IMG/VR virus record: IMGVR_UViG_3300035666_000002
From: a virus
Reading direction: 5' to 3' (one strand)
DNA: 64,000 nt
Shown one piece after another: positions 17,814-27,629 of this stretch. The notes under the pieces were generated by a model, which did not search any database, was not told where the DNA came from, and saw only the letters and a list, made by a program, of their open reading frames with translations. Both the position numbers and the translations under genes were made by a program. Position 1 is the stretch's first letter, and each line of letters starts with the position of its first letter.

Positions 17814-18642
17814 ATTTCGCCTCAATAACTTTTCGCCATTCTGGTACTCTATCATACTGATGAACGATTGTAAACTCTTTTCCAGTCGAAGTAGTAACTT
17901 TACCTTCGACCATCTTAGGTTCTGCTTCTAAAAGAAAAGGTCTAAACTGTTCTATTTTAGATGGGTCTGCTGTTGTACCTAATTGTGCTGCCCAACCATC
18001 TTCAGAATTCATATATTTGCAAGTGTGCGTATATGGTGTCATAGAAATCATAAAATTAAATGTAGATTGGTCGCAAATAGGAATTGGGCGATTGATTGCT
18101 GCGGTAAAGATATTGATAATCAAATCGCGCATTTGTGTGGCACGACCAGCTAGAACGCCGACGTTGTAGATAGTGTTGTTTTTATATTTTTCGTGAATGT
18201 AGGGACCATAAGTCTCTAAAAGATTCTGATTGCCCCAAGGCTCGTCTTTATACTTCATGCTTTCAGAAGCAAAGACTAAACCTTTATCACCTAAATTGTT
18301 TTCTAGCCAATCGATGGGATTTTGTTGGAATACAACATCTTTGACATCGGTTGTAATAACATAACGATAATCGTTCCTACAGAGATGATCGTAAATGTGA
18401 ATAAATCTTTCTACATGAACAGGAATTCTTCCAGGCTCATATTTAAGATTTCCTTGTTCGTCTTGACCGAATCCAATGACTTTAAATCCCGCTTCAATTA
18501 CTTTTCTTGCAGATTCGTTATCGCAGTTCATTAGAATGAGAACTTTCTCACCTTCAAAACCGCATTTATTGATAGAGTTAACCCAATACTTTAGGGTTTC
18601 CCATGTGTAATTATTCGCACATCCTATAATCAAATCTTTCAT
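17806..18642 (-). CDS. Putative GT-A glycosyltransferase
   Basis: TTDVKDVVFQ (DxxD), N.G...G, DQ and IVHQYDR. Confidence 0.65.
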   Translation of the reverse strand: MKDLIIGCANNYTWETLKYWVNSINKCGFEGEKVLILMNCDNESARKVIEAGFKVIGFGQDEQGNLKYEPGRIPVHVERFIHIYDHLCRNDYRYVITTDVKDVVFQQNPIDWLENNLGDKGLVFASESMKYKDEPWGNQNLLETYGPYIHEKYKNNTIYNVGVLAGRATQMRDLIINIFTAAINRPIPICDQSTFNFMISMTPYTHTCKYMNSEDGWAAQLGTTADPSKIEQFRPFLLEAEPKMVEGKVTTSTGKEFTIVHQYDRVPEWRKVIEAKYG

Positions 18643-18672
18643 AATATAGCTCCTTCATTTTATATAGTACGT

Positions 18673-18984
18673 TTATTGGCCTGGTGTGTCCTTTTTATAC
18701 TTCTTTACCAGGTGTTTTGTGCCCCATTGCCCTGCTCCTGCTACAGGTAAGATATCAGGATTTGGCGACTTCTTTTCTTCACTGACACTTTTATGTAGTT
18801 TAACTCCAGTAACTTTCTGAACTAGATCCCATGCTTCTTTATGTCTTTTATTTTTAACATGATCATCGAAAGATTTCTTTTGATTTTCATTAGCATGTTT
18901 TTTAAATTTAATTAGTTCCATAATACCTATATTACCAGCATATGCTGCTTCATGTAACACTTCAAATTGCTTAAAGTTATACAT
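18673..18984 (-). CDS. Small putative internal-head protein
   Basis: MYNFKQFEVLHE start, VSEE linker and C-terminal YKKDTPGQ. Confidence 0.55.
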   Translation of the reverse strand: MYNFKQFEVLHEAAYAGNIGIMELIKFKKHANENQKKSFDDHVKNKRHKEAWDLVQKVTGVKLHKSVSEEKKSPNPDILPVAGAGQWGTKHLVKKYKKDTPGQ

Positions 18985-20222
18985 TACTTACTCCAGTTTT
19001 TCTGTGCAGTGAAGTTTAGATGGCTGAATTCTAGTCTATCAACTAACTTAACTGCATTTCCTTTTAGTTTATCTACCGCAACGAAACCTTCTGGATTAGT
19101 AATTTTATATCCATCATCGGTTTGAACAAAAGTATTTGTCACTTGTTTTATTTGTTGAAGTTTTTTAATAATCATATTTTTAGCATCAACTAATAGATTT
19201 TGTAATGTGAATATTGCAACCAAATCGGAGTTGTTTCCTCTATAGAATCTCACCAATTCGTTTTTTTCTGCCATTCTCTTTTCTTTTGTGTCTTTCTTTT
19301 TAGCAGATAAAATTTCTTTATTCAGTTTATCTTCAACCCATTTAGTCAACTCAACAGCGTGTGATACTGGGTTAGTAATTTTTTGCCCTGAACGAACTTT
19401 GGTGTTGTTAAATGTTTTAATTTGAGTTTGTATAATGTCTGATGCAGCGATACGATTCATTGATAATGAATTGATTCTAGAAAATACGGTACCTGCTTGA
19501 GATAGAATAGATGTAATTTGTTTAGTTTCTTCTTTGGTAAAAGTTACTGTACCTGAGGCATCAATAAAATATGCATCCCTGAACCAAACATCTTTTGTTT
19601 TCTTTAAATTGTTTATGTCGATATTAAATGATGCCTTCAATGATGCTATAGTTTTACCTGTATATGAAGTATGAAATACAATACCCATCTTAGCTGCTTT
19701 CATCGATTTAGCCAATTTGCTTTCGACTGGTACAGCATAGACAATCGTATTAGGTTTAAATGTCAAATACATTTGCCCATCTATTTCTTTTTCTGCTTCT
19801 CCTAAATCATCTTCACCAAACATCATATCACCTTGAAGAATACCATCGATACCCAATTTAGGAAGATAGGTGAGTGCTGTCTTGAGTTTTTTATTCAAGC
19901 CTTCACCTGGATGATTTCTGTCGATGTCTTCATCAGTATAATTTAGTTTTGCATCAACATTGAAAATGCCTTTAGTTGCAACGAAGAATTTTCCATTTTC
20001 TGGATTAACACCCGCGAAGACTGCTGGCGCACCATCCCATTTTGTTGTGACATTTACTTTCGAATCTGCATTACCTGCAAGCATGTCTCTTAAAGATCGC
20101 AAAAAATTAATCGCATCCCTTGCACCAGGAACACCGCGATTGATTACTTCATCTTCGATATGTTCTAGATGAACATTCTTTCCTTCCTTCGAAGACTCAA
20201 CTATAAAATCTTTGAAGTTCAT
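18984..20222 (-). CDS. Conserved T4-like protein (DUF6267-like) with ligase-type KxDG motif
   Basis: KNVHLEHIED, TTKWDGAP, QGD, PEGFV and KLVDR; MNFKDFIVE N-terminus. Confidence 0.7.
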   Translation of the reverse strand: MNFKDFIVESSKEGKNVHLEHIEDEVINRGVPGARDAINFLRSLRDMLAGNADSKVNVTTKWDGAPAVFAGVNPENGKFFVATKGIFNVDAKLNYTDEDIDRNHPGEGLNKKLKTALTYLPKLGIDGILQGDMMFGEDDLGEAEKEIDGQMYLTFKPNTIVYAVPVESKLAKSMKAAKMGIVFHTSYTGKTIASLKASFNIDINNLKKTKDVWFRDAYFIDASGTVTFTKEETKQITSILSQAGTVFSRINSLSMNRIAASDIIQTQIKTFNNTKVRSGQKITNPVSHAVELTKWVEDKLNKEILSAKKKDTKEKRMAEKNELVRFYRGNNSDLVAIFTLQNLLVDAKNMIIKKLQQIKQVTNTFVQTDDGYKITNPEGFVAVDKLKGNAVKLVDRLEFSHLNFTAQKNWSK

Positions 20223-21001
20223 ATTTCTTCAGCCTTAGAACCAATTAATTTTTTCGGCATAATTAAAACCCTAACACTTTTATAGGTTACTCCATCTACT
20301 TCATAATTTCTTCCTGAAGAATAACGAGCACCTATAATAGTTGTGTATCCGTTCTTCATGAATTCTGAAACATCTGGGTTGTAGCTTGCGTGTGCGGTAA
20401 AATCTAATTTGTGTGCATTTCCAACAACAGACATTCTAACATCACCTTGACCTATTAGATGAATGTTATCTATTCCAAATCTAGTTTCACCGAACTGAGG
20501 ACCGTATATAGACTTACCTATTAATTTTCTATCCTTAACTACTGCATAGAATCTTTTTTTAGCTCCGACAATAGTATTGTGATAGCCACTCAATTTTCTC
20601 AAAAAATCAACCACATTCTTGTCTTTTGAGATAGAACCTGTCTTTTGGCCGTCAGCTTTCGGAGTAATACCGCTATATTGTTGAAAGCCTCCAGCATCGG
20701 ATCCCATTTTATGAGATATGAAACATACATCTTCGAACTTCTTGGTCTTAGCATTAAATGTAACTAGAGCAATATCAGCCTTAGGAGTGCCTTCTACTTT
20801 ATTTGCCCCGTAAATATTTTTAAATGTATGTCGCCCAGCTTTCACAGTAATTGGAGATCCTATTTTCATAATATACCCATTAATTTGTTCTAAAACTGCT
20901 AGTTCACCTCTTTCTGTAGGAGAAGGAGAATTTAAAACATAAGATTTATCTAGTGTACTATGTTTAAATAACAGTCCGTGAACTTTTAACGATCCGGGCA
21001 T
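20219..21001 (-). CDS. Putative PD-(D/E)XK-like nuclease
   Basis: E...PKADI...FISHK pattern. Confidence 0.45.
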   Translation of the reverse strand: MPGSLKVHGLLFKHSTLDKSYVLNSPSPTERGELAVLEQINGYIMKIGSPITVKAGRHTFKNIYGANKVEGTPKADIALVTFNAKTKKFEDVCFISHKMGSDAGGFQQYSGITPKADGQKTGSISKDKNVVDFLRKLSGYHNTIVGAKKRFYAVVKDRKLIGKSIYGPQFGETRFGIDNIHLIGQGDVRMSVVGNAHKLDFTAHASYNPDVSEFMKNGYTTIIGARYSSGRNYEVDGVTYKSVRVLIMPKKLIGSKAEEI

Positions 21002-21024
21002 AAAGACTCCAATAGTTTATTGGG

Positions 21025-21032
21025 TATTTATA
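21025..21032 (-). promoter_or_regulatory. T4-type late promoter TATAAATA
   Basis: Exact consensus overlapping the gp41 stop, upstream of 21001. Confidence 0.75.
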
Positions 21033-22428
21033 CTTTTACTCCTCCAAATTTAGATCCAAAGTCTTTTCTATCTCTATTTCCAAATGTATTGATGGGCTTA
21101 TCATCATCCATTCCAGAGTCAATCAAGTCTTGTGCATTAGATTCTACATCATACAGTCTCATTTTAGCCCTGTCAACTCCAATGACAAATTTCTTATTGA
21201 CACCTGGATCATTGTATCGATTTTTCAACTGTTTGACCATCATCTGCCCAAGTTGTTGCAATTCCTCTGTGCTGATAAGTGCAAACATGAAGTCAGCCGT
21301 CGCTGGAAGACCAAATGATTCACTAGTATCTTCTAGCCCAACGTCAGAGTTACTGAAGCCAGATCGAGTTGTTTGTGTAGCAGAAACGATTGGAACACCA
21401 AACTCTACAGCAAGACCACGAAGTTCTTCAGCAATTGATTTGATATAGGTATAAGAATTGACACTGCTTCCCATCTTCAGCCGACTGGAACAACAGATAT
21501 TCAAATAGTCAATAAAGATAATCTTTGGTCTGAAATTCTTCTTCAATTGAAGTTCATTTAACAATGAACGGAAATGTAATGCACTAGCTGATGCAGTCGG
21601 ATATTCTTTGATAATAAGTTTACCTTGAGTTTTACTTTGGAGTGCAGAAAATCTTTTGGTGTAATCTTCTTTAGGAATTACATGCAAATCGTTAATGCTG
21701 ATGTTCAATAGGTTTGCATCGATTCTTTCTGCAATTTTTTCTTCAGCCATCTCCATTGTGATATACAAAACATCATAACCCTGAGAAATACACGATGCAG
21801 CAACATGACACATGAAGAGAGACTTACCAACACCAGTCCCAGCAAGAGCAATATTGAGTGTTTTGTTAGGTAGCCCACCTTTTGTAATCTTGTTAAAGTA
21901 ATCCAAGTCGAACGGAATTCGTTCTTCTTTTTGATGGTAGAATTCAAAACGTCTTTCATAGTCGTTAATATAGTCATGCCCAACATTGTTATCGAAAGAA
22001 ACACCCAGTGCATCGGAAAGAATCTTGGGAATTTCACCTTTTGATTTATTAGTTTTCTTATCATCAAGAATACTAACTGATTCCATGATTGCATTATACA
22101 ATGCTCGATCTTGGCAAAACTTTTCAGTTTGTTCAGTTAGCCACTGAGTTTCTGTAGGTTCATCTTTGTGCTTGTGAATCTCATTTACAAGATCCACACA
22201 ACTCCTCACCTGCTCTTCAGTTAAAGTTTTAGATTCTACAAAATTAATTACCAACGCTTCTTTCGTTGGCATCGTTTTGTATTTCTCAATGAAGTCTTTT
22301 ACTTCTTTGAAAATATATTTTTCTGTAGAGTCGGAAAAATATTCATGATTGATGAAAGGCATAACCTTTCGAGTGTATTCTTCATTATAGATCAGATTTT
22401 TCAGAATAGAATGTTCGAGGCGATTCAA
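21028..22428 (-). CDS. gp41: Replicative DNA helicase (gp41, DnaB-like)
   Basis: AGTGVGKS Walker A, IDYLN, SATQTTR, SESFGLPATAD and KNRY. Confidence 0.97.
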   Translation of the reverse strand: MNRLEHSILKNLIYNEEYTRKVMPFINHEYFSDSTEKYIFKEVKDFIEKYKTMPTKEALVINFVESKTLTEEQVRSCVDLVNEIHKHKDEPTETQWLTEQTEKFCQDRALYNAIMESVSILDDKKTNKSKGEIPKILSDALGVSFDNNVGHDYINDYERRFEFYHQKEERIPFDLDYFNKITKGGLPNKTLNIALAGTGVGKSLFMCHVAASCISQGYDVLYITMEMAEEKIAERIDANLLNISINDLHVIPKEDYTKRFSALQSKTQGKLIIKEYPTASASALHFRSLLNELQLKKNFRPKIIFIDYLNICCSSRLKMGSSVNSYTYIKSIAEELRGLAVEFGVPIVSATQTTRSGFSNSDVGLEDTSESFGLPATADFMFALISTEELQQLGQMMVKQLKNRYNDPGVNKKFVIGVDRAKMRLYDVESNAQDLIDSGMDDDKPINTFGNRDRKDFGSKFGGVKV

Positions 22429-22753
22429 AATTACCTTCCATTAAAATAATTTCAGAGAGAATGTCACCAAGCATTGTAACAAAATTTTCGTCTTTTTCCA
22501 AGTCCATTTTGTTAAGATTACCAGAGTCAACGACCATATATCCAAATCGAAGTGTAGCTAGGTAACCTTGCTCTTCTACAGCAGCATTCGTATAATAATA
22601 TAAAACACCAGCATAAGGACCTTTAAGAATCCTTATGCCAGTTAAATCAGTATCGGGAAAATCGTGAAACTGAAAGTCTTCATCAAGCTTCAGTTTCTTG
22701 GGCTTCTTCCAAAACTGAAGCATTTCCCATAATGTTTCCGTAAGCGATTTCAT
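22385..22753 (-). CDS. Head vertex assembly chaperone gp40-like
   Basis: Lies between uvsX and gp41 as in T4; I.IL.G.Y.G..Y.Y and GDIL motifs. Confidence 0.55.
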   Translation of the reverse strand: MKSLTETLWEMLQFWKKPKKLKLDEDFQFHDFPDTDLTGIRILKGPYAGVLYYYTNAAVEEQGYLATLRFGYMVVDSGNLNKMDLEKDENFVTMLGDILSEIILMEGNFESPRTFYSEKSDL

Positions 22754-23747
22754 ATTTCTTTCTCACATATTCTTTAAACTCTGGATTATTTAACATTTCT
22801 TTCCAGAATTCTTCGGTCTGTGTTGCATCGAATCTATATTTCTTGTCAGAAATTTCACCTGTTTCTTTGTTAACTTTGGAATACCACCCATTACTTGGCT
22901 TAATTACAAAGTCACCTTCAAGTGCTACATCCAGGAGCCCGGAGTATTTTTGAATACCACCTTCGAACGAAACAGAGATAGGAATTTTTGATTTTTCTTT
23001 GACATAGCGAGATTTCTCCACATTAATAATAAAGTTATAACCAGTAATTTCAGTGCCATCTTTTTCTTGTTGGCGACCGAGAATGAAAATGTTGTCTGCT
23101 GAATAATATGAACCTGTACCACCACCAACAATATCTTTCGGAAACATACCAATTTCTTTGTAAGTGTGATTCACTACAACCATTGGAATATCTTTCAGTG
23201 TAAGGTGGGGAGTGACCATGCGAAACAAACTTTTAACTTGTTTCGCTCTGCTCATATCAGCAACAGACTTTTGGTCCAGTGCATCTTCAACTTCTTTCTT
23301 TGAAGCAAGATTACCAATCGAATCGACGATAATCATCACACGTTCACCCCGTTCAATTGTTTCCAATTGTTTCATGATATCAAACTTTAATTGTTCAATA
23401 TCGGTAATGGGTGTGTGAAGGACTCGTTCAGTATTGATGCTGAATGTATTAAAGTAAGACTGAGGAGTACCAAACTCAGAGTCATAAAACAATAGAACAG
23501 AATCTTCATATTTCTCCATGTACGATTTAGCCATTAAAAGACTAAATGCTGATTTAAAATGTTTAGAAGGACCAGCCCACATAGTTAAACCTGGAGTAAG
23601 ACCGCCATCCAGTCTACCGCTCAATGCTACATTTACCATAGGGATTCCCGTAGGAATCATATCTTTCTCATTAAAGAATTTCGATTTCGAAAGAATCGAT
23701 GCATCTTTAATTGTAGAATTCTTTTTGATTTTATCCAATAAACTCAT
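22683..23747 (-). CDS. uvsX: RecA-like recombinase UvsX
   Basis: NVALSG, GPSKHFKS, YDSEFG, DSIGNLAS and VGGGTG. Confidence 0.97.
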   Translation of the reverse strand: MSLLDKIKKNSTIKDASILSKSKFFNEKDMIPTGIPMVNVALSGRLDGGLTPGLTMWAGPSKHFKSAFSLLMAKSYMEKYEDSVLLFYDSEFGTPQSYFNTFSINTERVLHTPITDIEQLKFDIMKQLETIERGERVMIIVDSIGNLASKKEVEDALDQKSVADMSRAKQVKSLFRMVTPHLTLKDIPMVVVNHTYKEIGMFPKDIVGGGTGSYYSADNIFILGRQQEKDGTEITGYNFIINVEKSRYVKEKSKIPISVSFEGGIQKYSGLLDVALEGDFVIKPSNGWYSKVNKETGEISDKKYRFDATQTEEFWKEMLNNPEFKEYVRKKYEIAYGNIMGNASVLEEAQETEA

Positions 23748-23756
23748 AATATTTCC

Positions 23757-26300
23757 TTAGAAAAAGCTATCTAATGAATTTGTTTTTTCTGCTGACCAAC
23801 CGATACAATCTAGAATAATTTTGATTGGCTCAAGAAACGACTTCTCAAATTGTAAATCATAATCAACGTAATTGTCAAGACCAAACTCTGAAGGCAATCT
23901 ATTGGGATACGAAATAACTGTATCATCAATAGGATTAGGCTTCTTTAGATATGTGAATTTTAATTTCTCACCTTCTTGAATAAGAGGATATTTTTTAGAA
24001 AGACCTTTCTTATTCAACATATGGTTATAAAGAAGCGCACCCTTTACATGAATCGGAGTTCCTTTAGTATATATGGACTGTCTGTCTGAATATTTGTCTA
24101 GACCATTGACTGAACGAGGAAAAGATATCTCTTCAGGAGGCAATTTATCGAATTCTTTTTTGAAGTTCTCAATAAATTTCTGAACAGAATCTTCGTTTGA
24201 TGTTACTGTCAACTTAATTACTTCTTTCATCCTCTCACGAATAGCAGAGGGTGTAGAAGATTTAACCATCTCTAGACCCATGACTTTCATTTGAGGTTCT
24301 TTGTATTGAACGCCTTCATTATTATAAACATTCAGAATATAACGCTTCTTTGCAGTCCAGATACCTTTATCGGAAAGACCTTCACGTTTCATTTGCATTT
24401 TTTGAGCGTATGCATGAGCATAGTCAGCAAGTTCAGAGTAACTCTTATCAATAAACGGTTGAAATTTATCCTCACAGACACGATCCATGAAGGAGACAAT
24501 TTTCTCAGTCTCTTTCTTTTCAGAAAAAACTTTGTTAACAAGTTCACCAAGGCGCAAATAAATCGAGTCTGTATCCGAAGCAATGACATAATCGACACCA
24601 TCAGTTTTCAAAAGTGAGTTCATATATTGATTTAGTCGATTCTCAATCCAACGAATTGACAACTGCCCAGCCATTGTAACTGCAAGTGCTTGCCTCAAAT
24701 CGAAGAAACGGAAATATTGTGAACCCATCGCACCATAAGCGGAGTTCAGAGAAACTTTTTTAGCAAGTTGCAGATTATCATAACGAGCAATACGCTTTTT
24801 GATTTCTACTTTCTTACCTGCATCTTTCTCATTTTCATATTCTTGTTTTGCTTGAAGCATCATCTTCTTAAACTTCTTGCGATCTTCATACATATCTTCA
24901 AGCATCTTTGGCAAGAAACCTTGTTTGTCTGTACGGAAGAATTGCCCATTGGGTGTCAAAGTAACACCACTCAAAGAATCTGTATTGATTTCTTTGTTCA
25001 GAAGTTTTTCAACAGTAACACCACGACTAATGATATCAAACATCTCCTGATCATAATCTTTAGGATCAATCAAAGTCTCTGGTGAGATGTTGTATTGCAT
25101 CATCAAGTGTGGGTACAGACTATTCAAATCGAACGATGCAACCCAATTGTGCATACCGATTTGAGGTTCTTTAACATATGCACCTTCGAAACGTTCATCT
25201 TTTTCACTGATTTCTCTGGGTGGTACTACAATACCCTTTTCAATTAGGTTATTATAAATCAGAGCATCCCACATTCTTGTCTGAGCAAAAATGTCATCAT
25301 AGTTCGATTTCGTATCATATGCGAGAGTCAGACCCAATTCGATAAGTTTTAGTTTATCTTCAAGTTTCTCAATTAGTTCAACGTCTTTAATATTATACTC
25401 GATGAATTTTTGATAGTTCAATCGATACAACTGGTGAAGATTATCATACTCATCATACGACAATTTACTTTCACCAAGTTCAACGTTTGCAATATTGTCC
25501 AAACGATAATTCTCCTGTGACTTACCACCAGGAGCGTACCATTTGTATAGTTCAATGTAATCGAGAGAACTCACACCTAGAATTTCATATGCTGTTAACT
25601 CTCGCCCTTTGATATTGGTATTTCTTTCGTTGACCATATTCCAAGGTGAAAGCTTCTTCATTTCATCTTCACCAAGAAGTTTAGTGAAGCGATTGATGAG
25701 ATATGGAATATCGAAGAACTTTGTATTCCAGCCTGTGATTACATCAGGATAATCTTCTACCCAATCTTTGAGAAAGCTTTTACATAGGGTCCATTCATCA
25801 GCACATTTAATATAGGATACATTACTTTGTTGATTATGAAATTCTTGGCAGCCATAGACTTTCATTTCTCCATTGAGTTTTTTGATTGAGATTGCTGTAA
25901 TTGGCTCATTTGCTTTGTATGGGTCAGGAAAGCCATTTTCCGAACCGACTTCGATGTCGATAACTGCAATGTTAATTTTCGACTGATCCCATTCGACCAT
26001 TCCTTTGAATTCATCAGCAATAAAGGCGTATTCATAACGTGTGTTTCCATAAATTTTAAAATTGTCAACTTCATCATATCGTTTGATAAAATCTCTACAT
26101 TCTCGAATAGAATCAAATTTGACTTCTTCGAGAGGTTGATCATGAAGAGTTTTCCAAAGATTATTTTTCTTTGTATCTGCAAGCAAAAACATTCTGGGCG
26201 TGTAAGCCACTTTAAGTCTTACACGCCGACCGTTGTCAACACCTCGATACAGAATGTGATTGCCTACACAAAGAACATTTGTGTAAAATTTATTCATCAA
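23757..26300 (-). CDS. gp43: Family B DNA polymerase gp43
   Basis: DIEV exonuclease motif, SFDLNSLYP, KKVSLNSAYG, SDTDS and KKRY; uninterrupted. Confidence 0.98.
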   Translation of the reverse strand: MMNKFYTNVLCVGNHILYRGVDNGRRVRLKVAYTPRMFLLADTKKNNLWKTLHDQPLEEVKFDSIRECRDFIKRYDEVDNFKIYGNTRYEYAFIADEFKGMVEWDQSKINIAVIDIEVGSENGFPDPYKANEPITAISIKKLNGEMKVYGCQEFHNQQSNVSYIKCADEWTLCKSFLKDWVEDYPDVITGWNTKFFDIPYLINRFTKLLGEDEMKKLSPWNMVNERNTNIKGRELTAYEILGVSSLDYIELYKWYAPGGKSQENYRLDNIANVELGESKLSYDEYDNLHQLYRLNYQKFIEYNIKDVELIEKLEDKLKLIELGLTLAYDTKSNYDDIFAQTRMWDALIYNNLIEKGIVVPPREISEKDERFEGAYVKEPQIGMHNWVASFDLNSLYPHLMMQYNISPETLIDPKDYDQEMFDIISRGVTVEKLLNKEINTDSLSGVTLTPNGQFFRTDKQGFLPKMLEDMYEDRKKFKKMMLQAKQEYENEKDAGKKVEIKKRIARYDNLQLAKKVSLNSAYGAMGSQYFRFFDLRQALAVTMAGQLSIRWIENRLNQYMNSLLKTDGVDYVIASDTDSIYLRLGELVNKVFSEKKETEKIVSFMDRVCEDKFQPFIDKSYSELADYAHAYAQKMQMKREGLSDKGIWTAKKRYILNVYNNEGVQYKEPQMKVMGLEMVKSSTPSAIRERMKEVIKLTVTSNEDSVQKFIENFKKEFDKLPPEEISFPRSVNGLDKYSDRQSIYTKGTPIHVKGALLYNHMLNKKGLSKKYPLIQEGEKLKFTYLKKPNPIDDTVISYPNRLPSEFGLDNYVDYDLQFEKSFLEPIKIILDCIGWSAEKTNSLDSFF

Positions 26301-26593
26301 AACTTGGGAATAGCCGATGCGATTTGAATACCAGAACCGAACATCTTATTATACTCGTTTGTTAGTTCGGTAACGGGCGTATTAATGGTCAAAATATCTT
26401 GACTGTAGAATGTGATACCAGTGTCAAACTCTTCACTGTATTCCAAAAATGGAATGAATCCCATTGCAGGACCATCTTTAGTGGGTTGAACAATAACTTG
26501 CACTGGTTTCTTAATGATGACATTATCACCTTTAGGTGTTAGGTCACCAATAAGAGTTTGATTGGTTTTGAATGTGATGAGTTTGATAGTCAT
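26297..26593 (-). CDS. Conserved T4-like hypothetical protein (Sm-like fold)
   Basis: IKLI...Y.KMFGSGI pattern upstream of gp43. Confidence 0.6.
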   Translation of the reverse strand: MTIKLITFKTNQTLIGDLTPKGDNVIIKKPVQVIVQPTKDGPAMGFIPFLEYSEEFDTGITFYSQDILTINTPVTELTNEYNKMFGSGIQIASAIPKF

Positions 26594-26817
26594 GCTGGCA
26601 CCTTTTCACTCTCATCAAAAACTGCTAGTGTGAGCCAGCGTTTAGGAAAAAGAAGCTCCCTAGATTCAAAATCCCTAGGATCAAAATTAGGGTCATTAAC
26701 TAGACCAATTAGCTCAATCTGATTATCGTATTCCCTACGATAAAAAGCATACCGTTGCGCGGGAATGAGTTTGTATTTCTTAACAAGATACTCAGCAGCT
26801 TTAACAATATTATCCAA
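26590..26817 (-). CDS. Hypothetical protein
   Basis: ORF packed within the operon. Confidence 0.55.
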   Translation of the reverse strand: MDNIVKAAEYLVKKYKLIPAQRYAFYRREYDNQIELIGLVNDPNFDPRDFESRELLFPKRWLTLAVFDESEKVPA

Positions 26818-27109
26818 TTTGAATATTACTCCATTGTTTTAGTTTATCAAACTTAGCACTTTTAGCAATCAAGACTTTGTTTTGTGAAACAATTTGTCTA
26901 TCAATCAACAGTTCAATCATAGCTAGGAGATCACCAACCTCTTCTTCTAAATGCTCACGATTCGTTTTCGGCTTACCTGGTTTGTAATTGTCGATACCGA
27001 ATCGCTCACATTTACTGACAGCTTGAATCACTTCCGCACACTCTTCTTGAACAATCAAAAGAAGTTCTTTGATATCGCTCATTTTAATTGATTTTAATGA
27101 AGTTGTCAA
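26810..27109 (-). CDS. MazG-like NTP pyrophosphohydrolase
   Basis: EECAEVIQAVSK...LEEEVGDL. Confidence 0.8.
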   Translation of the reverse strand: MTTSLKSIKMSDIKELLLIVQEECAEVIQAVSKCERFGIDNYKPGKPKTNREHLEEEVGDLLAMIELLIDRQIVSQNKVLIAKSAKFDKLKQWSNIQIG

Positions 27110-27629
27110 GTTGAGGTGGTTGCCAACCCTCAGGTTTCATAACTTTACCTGCTTCGTTTTTGACAACTTTGCCTGTTTGAACATCGATTTTAGCAAGGTT
27201 GCTTCTTGCTACTTCGTTCCATGCACCGTAGACATCAAAACCTTTCATCTTGCAATAACCGAGAATAACCCAAATCATATCCATACATGCATCGAGTTGT
27301 TCAACATCATCTTGTTTTTTCAGACCATCTTGAAATTCCCAAAACTCTTCTTTGATGAGATTTCGGTAAAGACTAATATTTTCAGGAGATGTTTTTTGAT
27401 CACAAGCTTCGATAAACGTATGAACATCCGCATAAAAATCAGTTTCAATTTTTTTCAATATAATTACTCCATCTTTTTCAGAAATATCAAGTTTGGTTCC
27501 CTCAAACCATTTCATCTCTTCACAGAGTTCATCTGGCAATTGTAGAATAGCAGAACCATCATCAAGAAGTTCAACGACTTCTCCTGTGTAAGTTTTAGCT
27601 TTCAATTGATACTCTCTTCCATTCATCAT
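27084..27629 (-). CDS. AbrB/MazE-like N-domain fused to a MazG-like (PRA-PH/dUTPase-type) pyrophosphatase
   Basis: DGSAILQLPDELCEEMKWFEGTKLDI; LIKEEFWEF...DACMD, EVARSNLAK and GKVMKP. Confidence 0.75.
   Translation of the reverse strand: MMNGREYQLKAKTYTGEVVELLDDGSAILQLPDELCEEMKWFEGTKLDISEKDGVIILKKIETDFYADVHTFIEACDQKTSPENISLYRNLIKEEFWEFQDGLKKQDDVEQLDACMDMIWVILGYCKMKGFDVYGAWNEVARSNLAKIDVQTGKVVKNEAGKVMKPEGWQPPQLDNFIKIN

Noticed and set aside
21020-21448. 142-aa + strand ORF opposite gp41
   Set aside because: Codon-register shadow of a highly conserved gene; no independent evidence
21705-22094. 129-aa alternate-frame ORF within gp41
   Set aside because: No clear RBS and no protein-like features, unlike the nested ORF at 8162-8476
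22385-22753. Long overlaps of the gp40-like gene with uvsX and gp41 as a novel feature
   Set aside because: Start codon is uncertain and terminal overlaps are common in compact T4-like genomes
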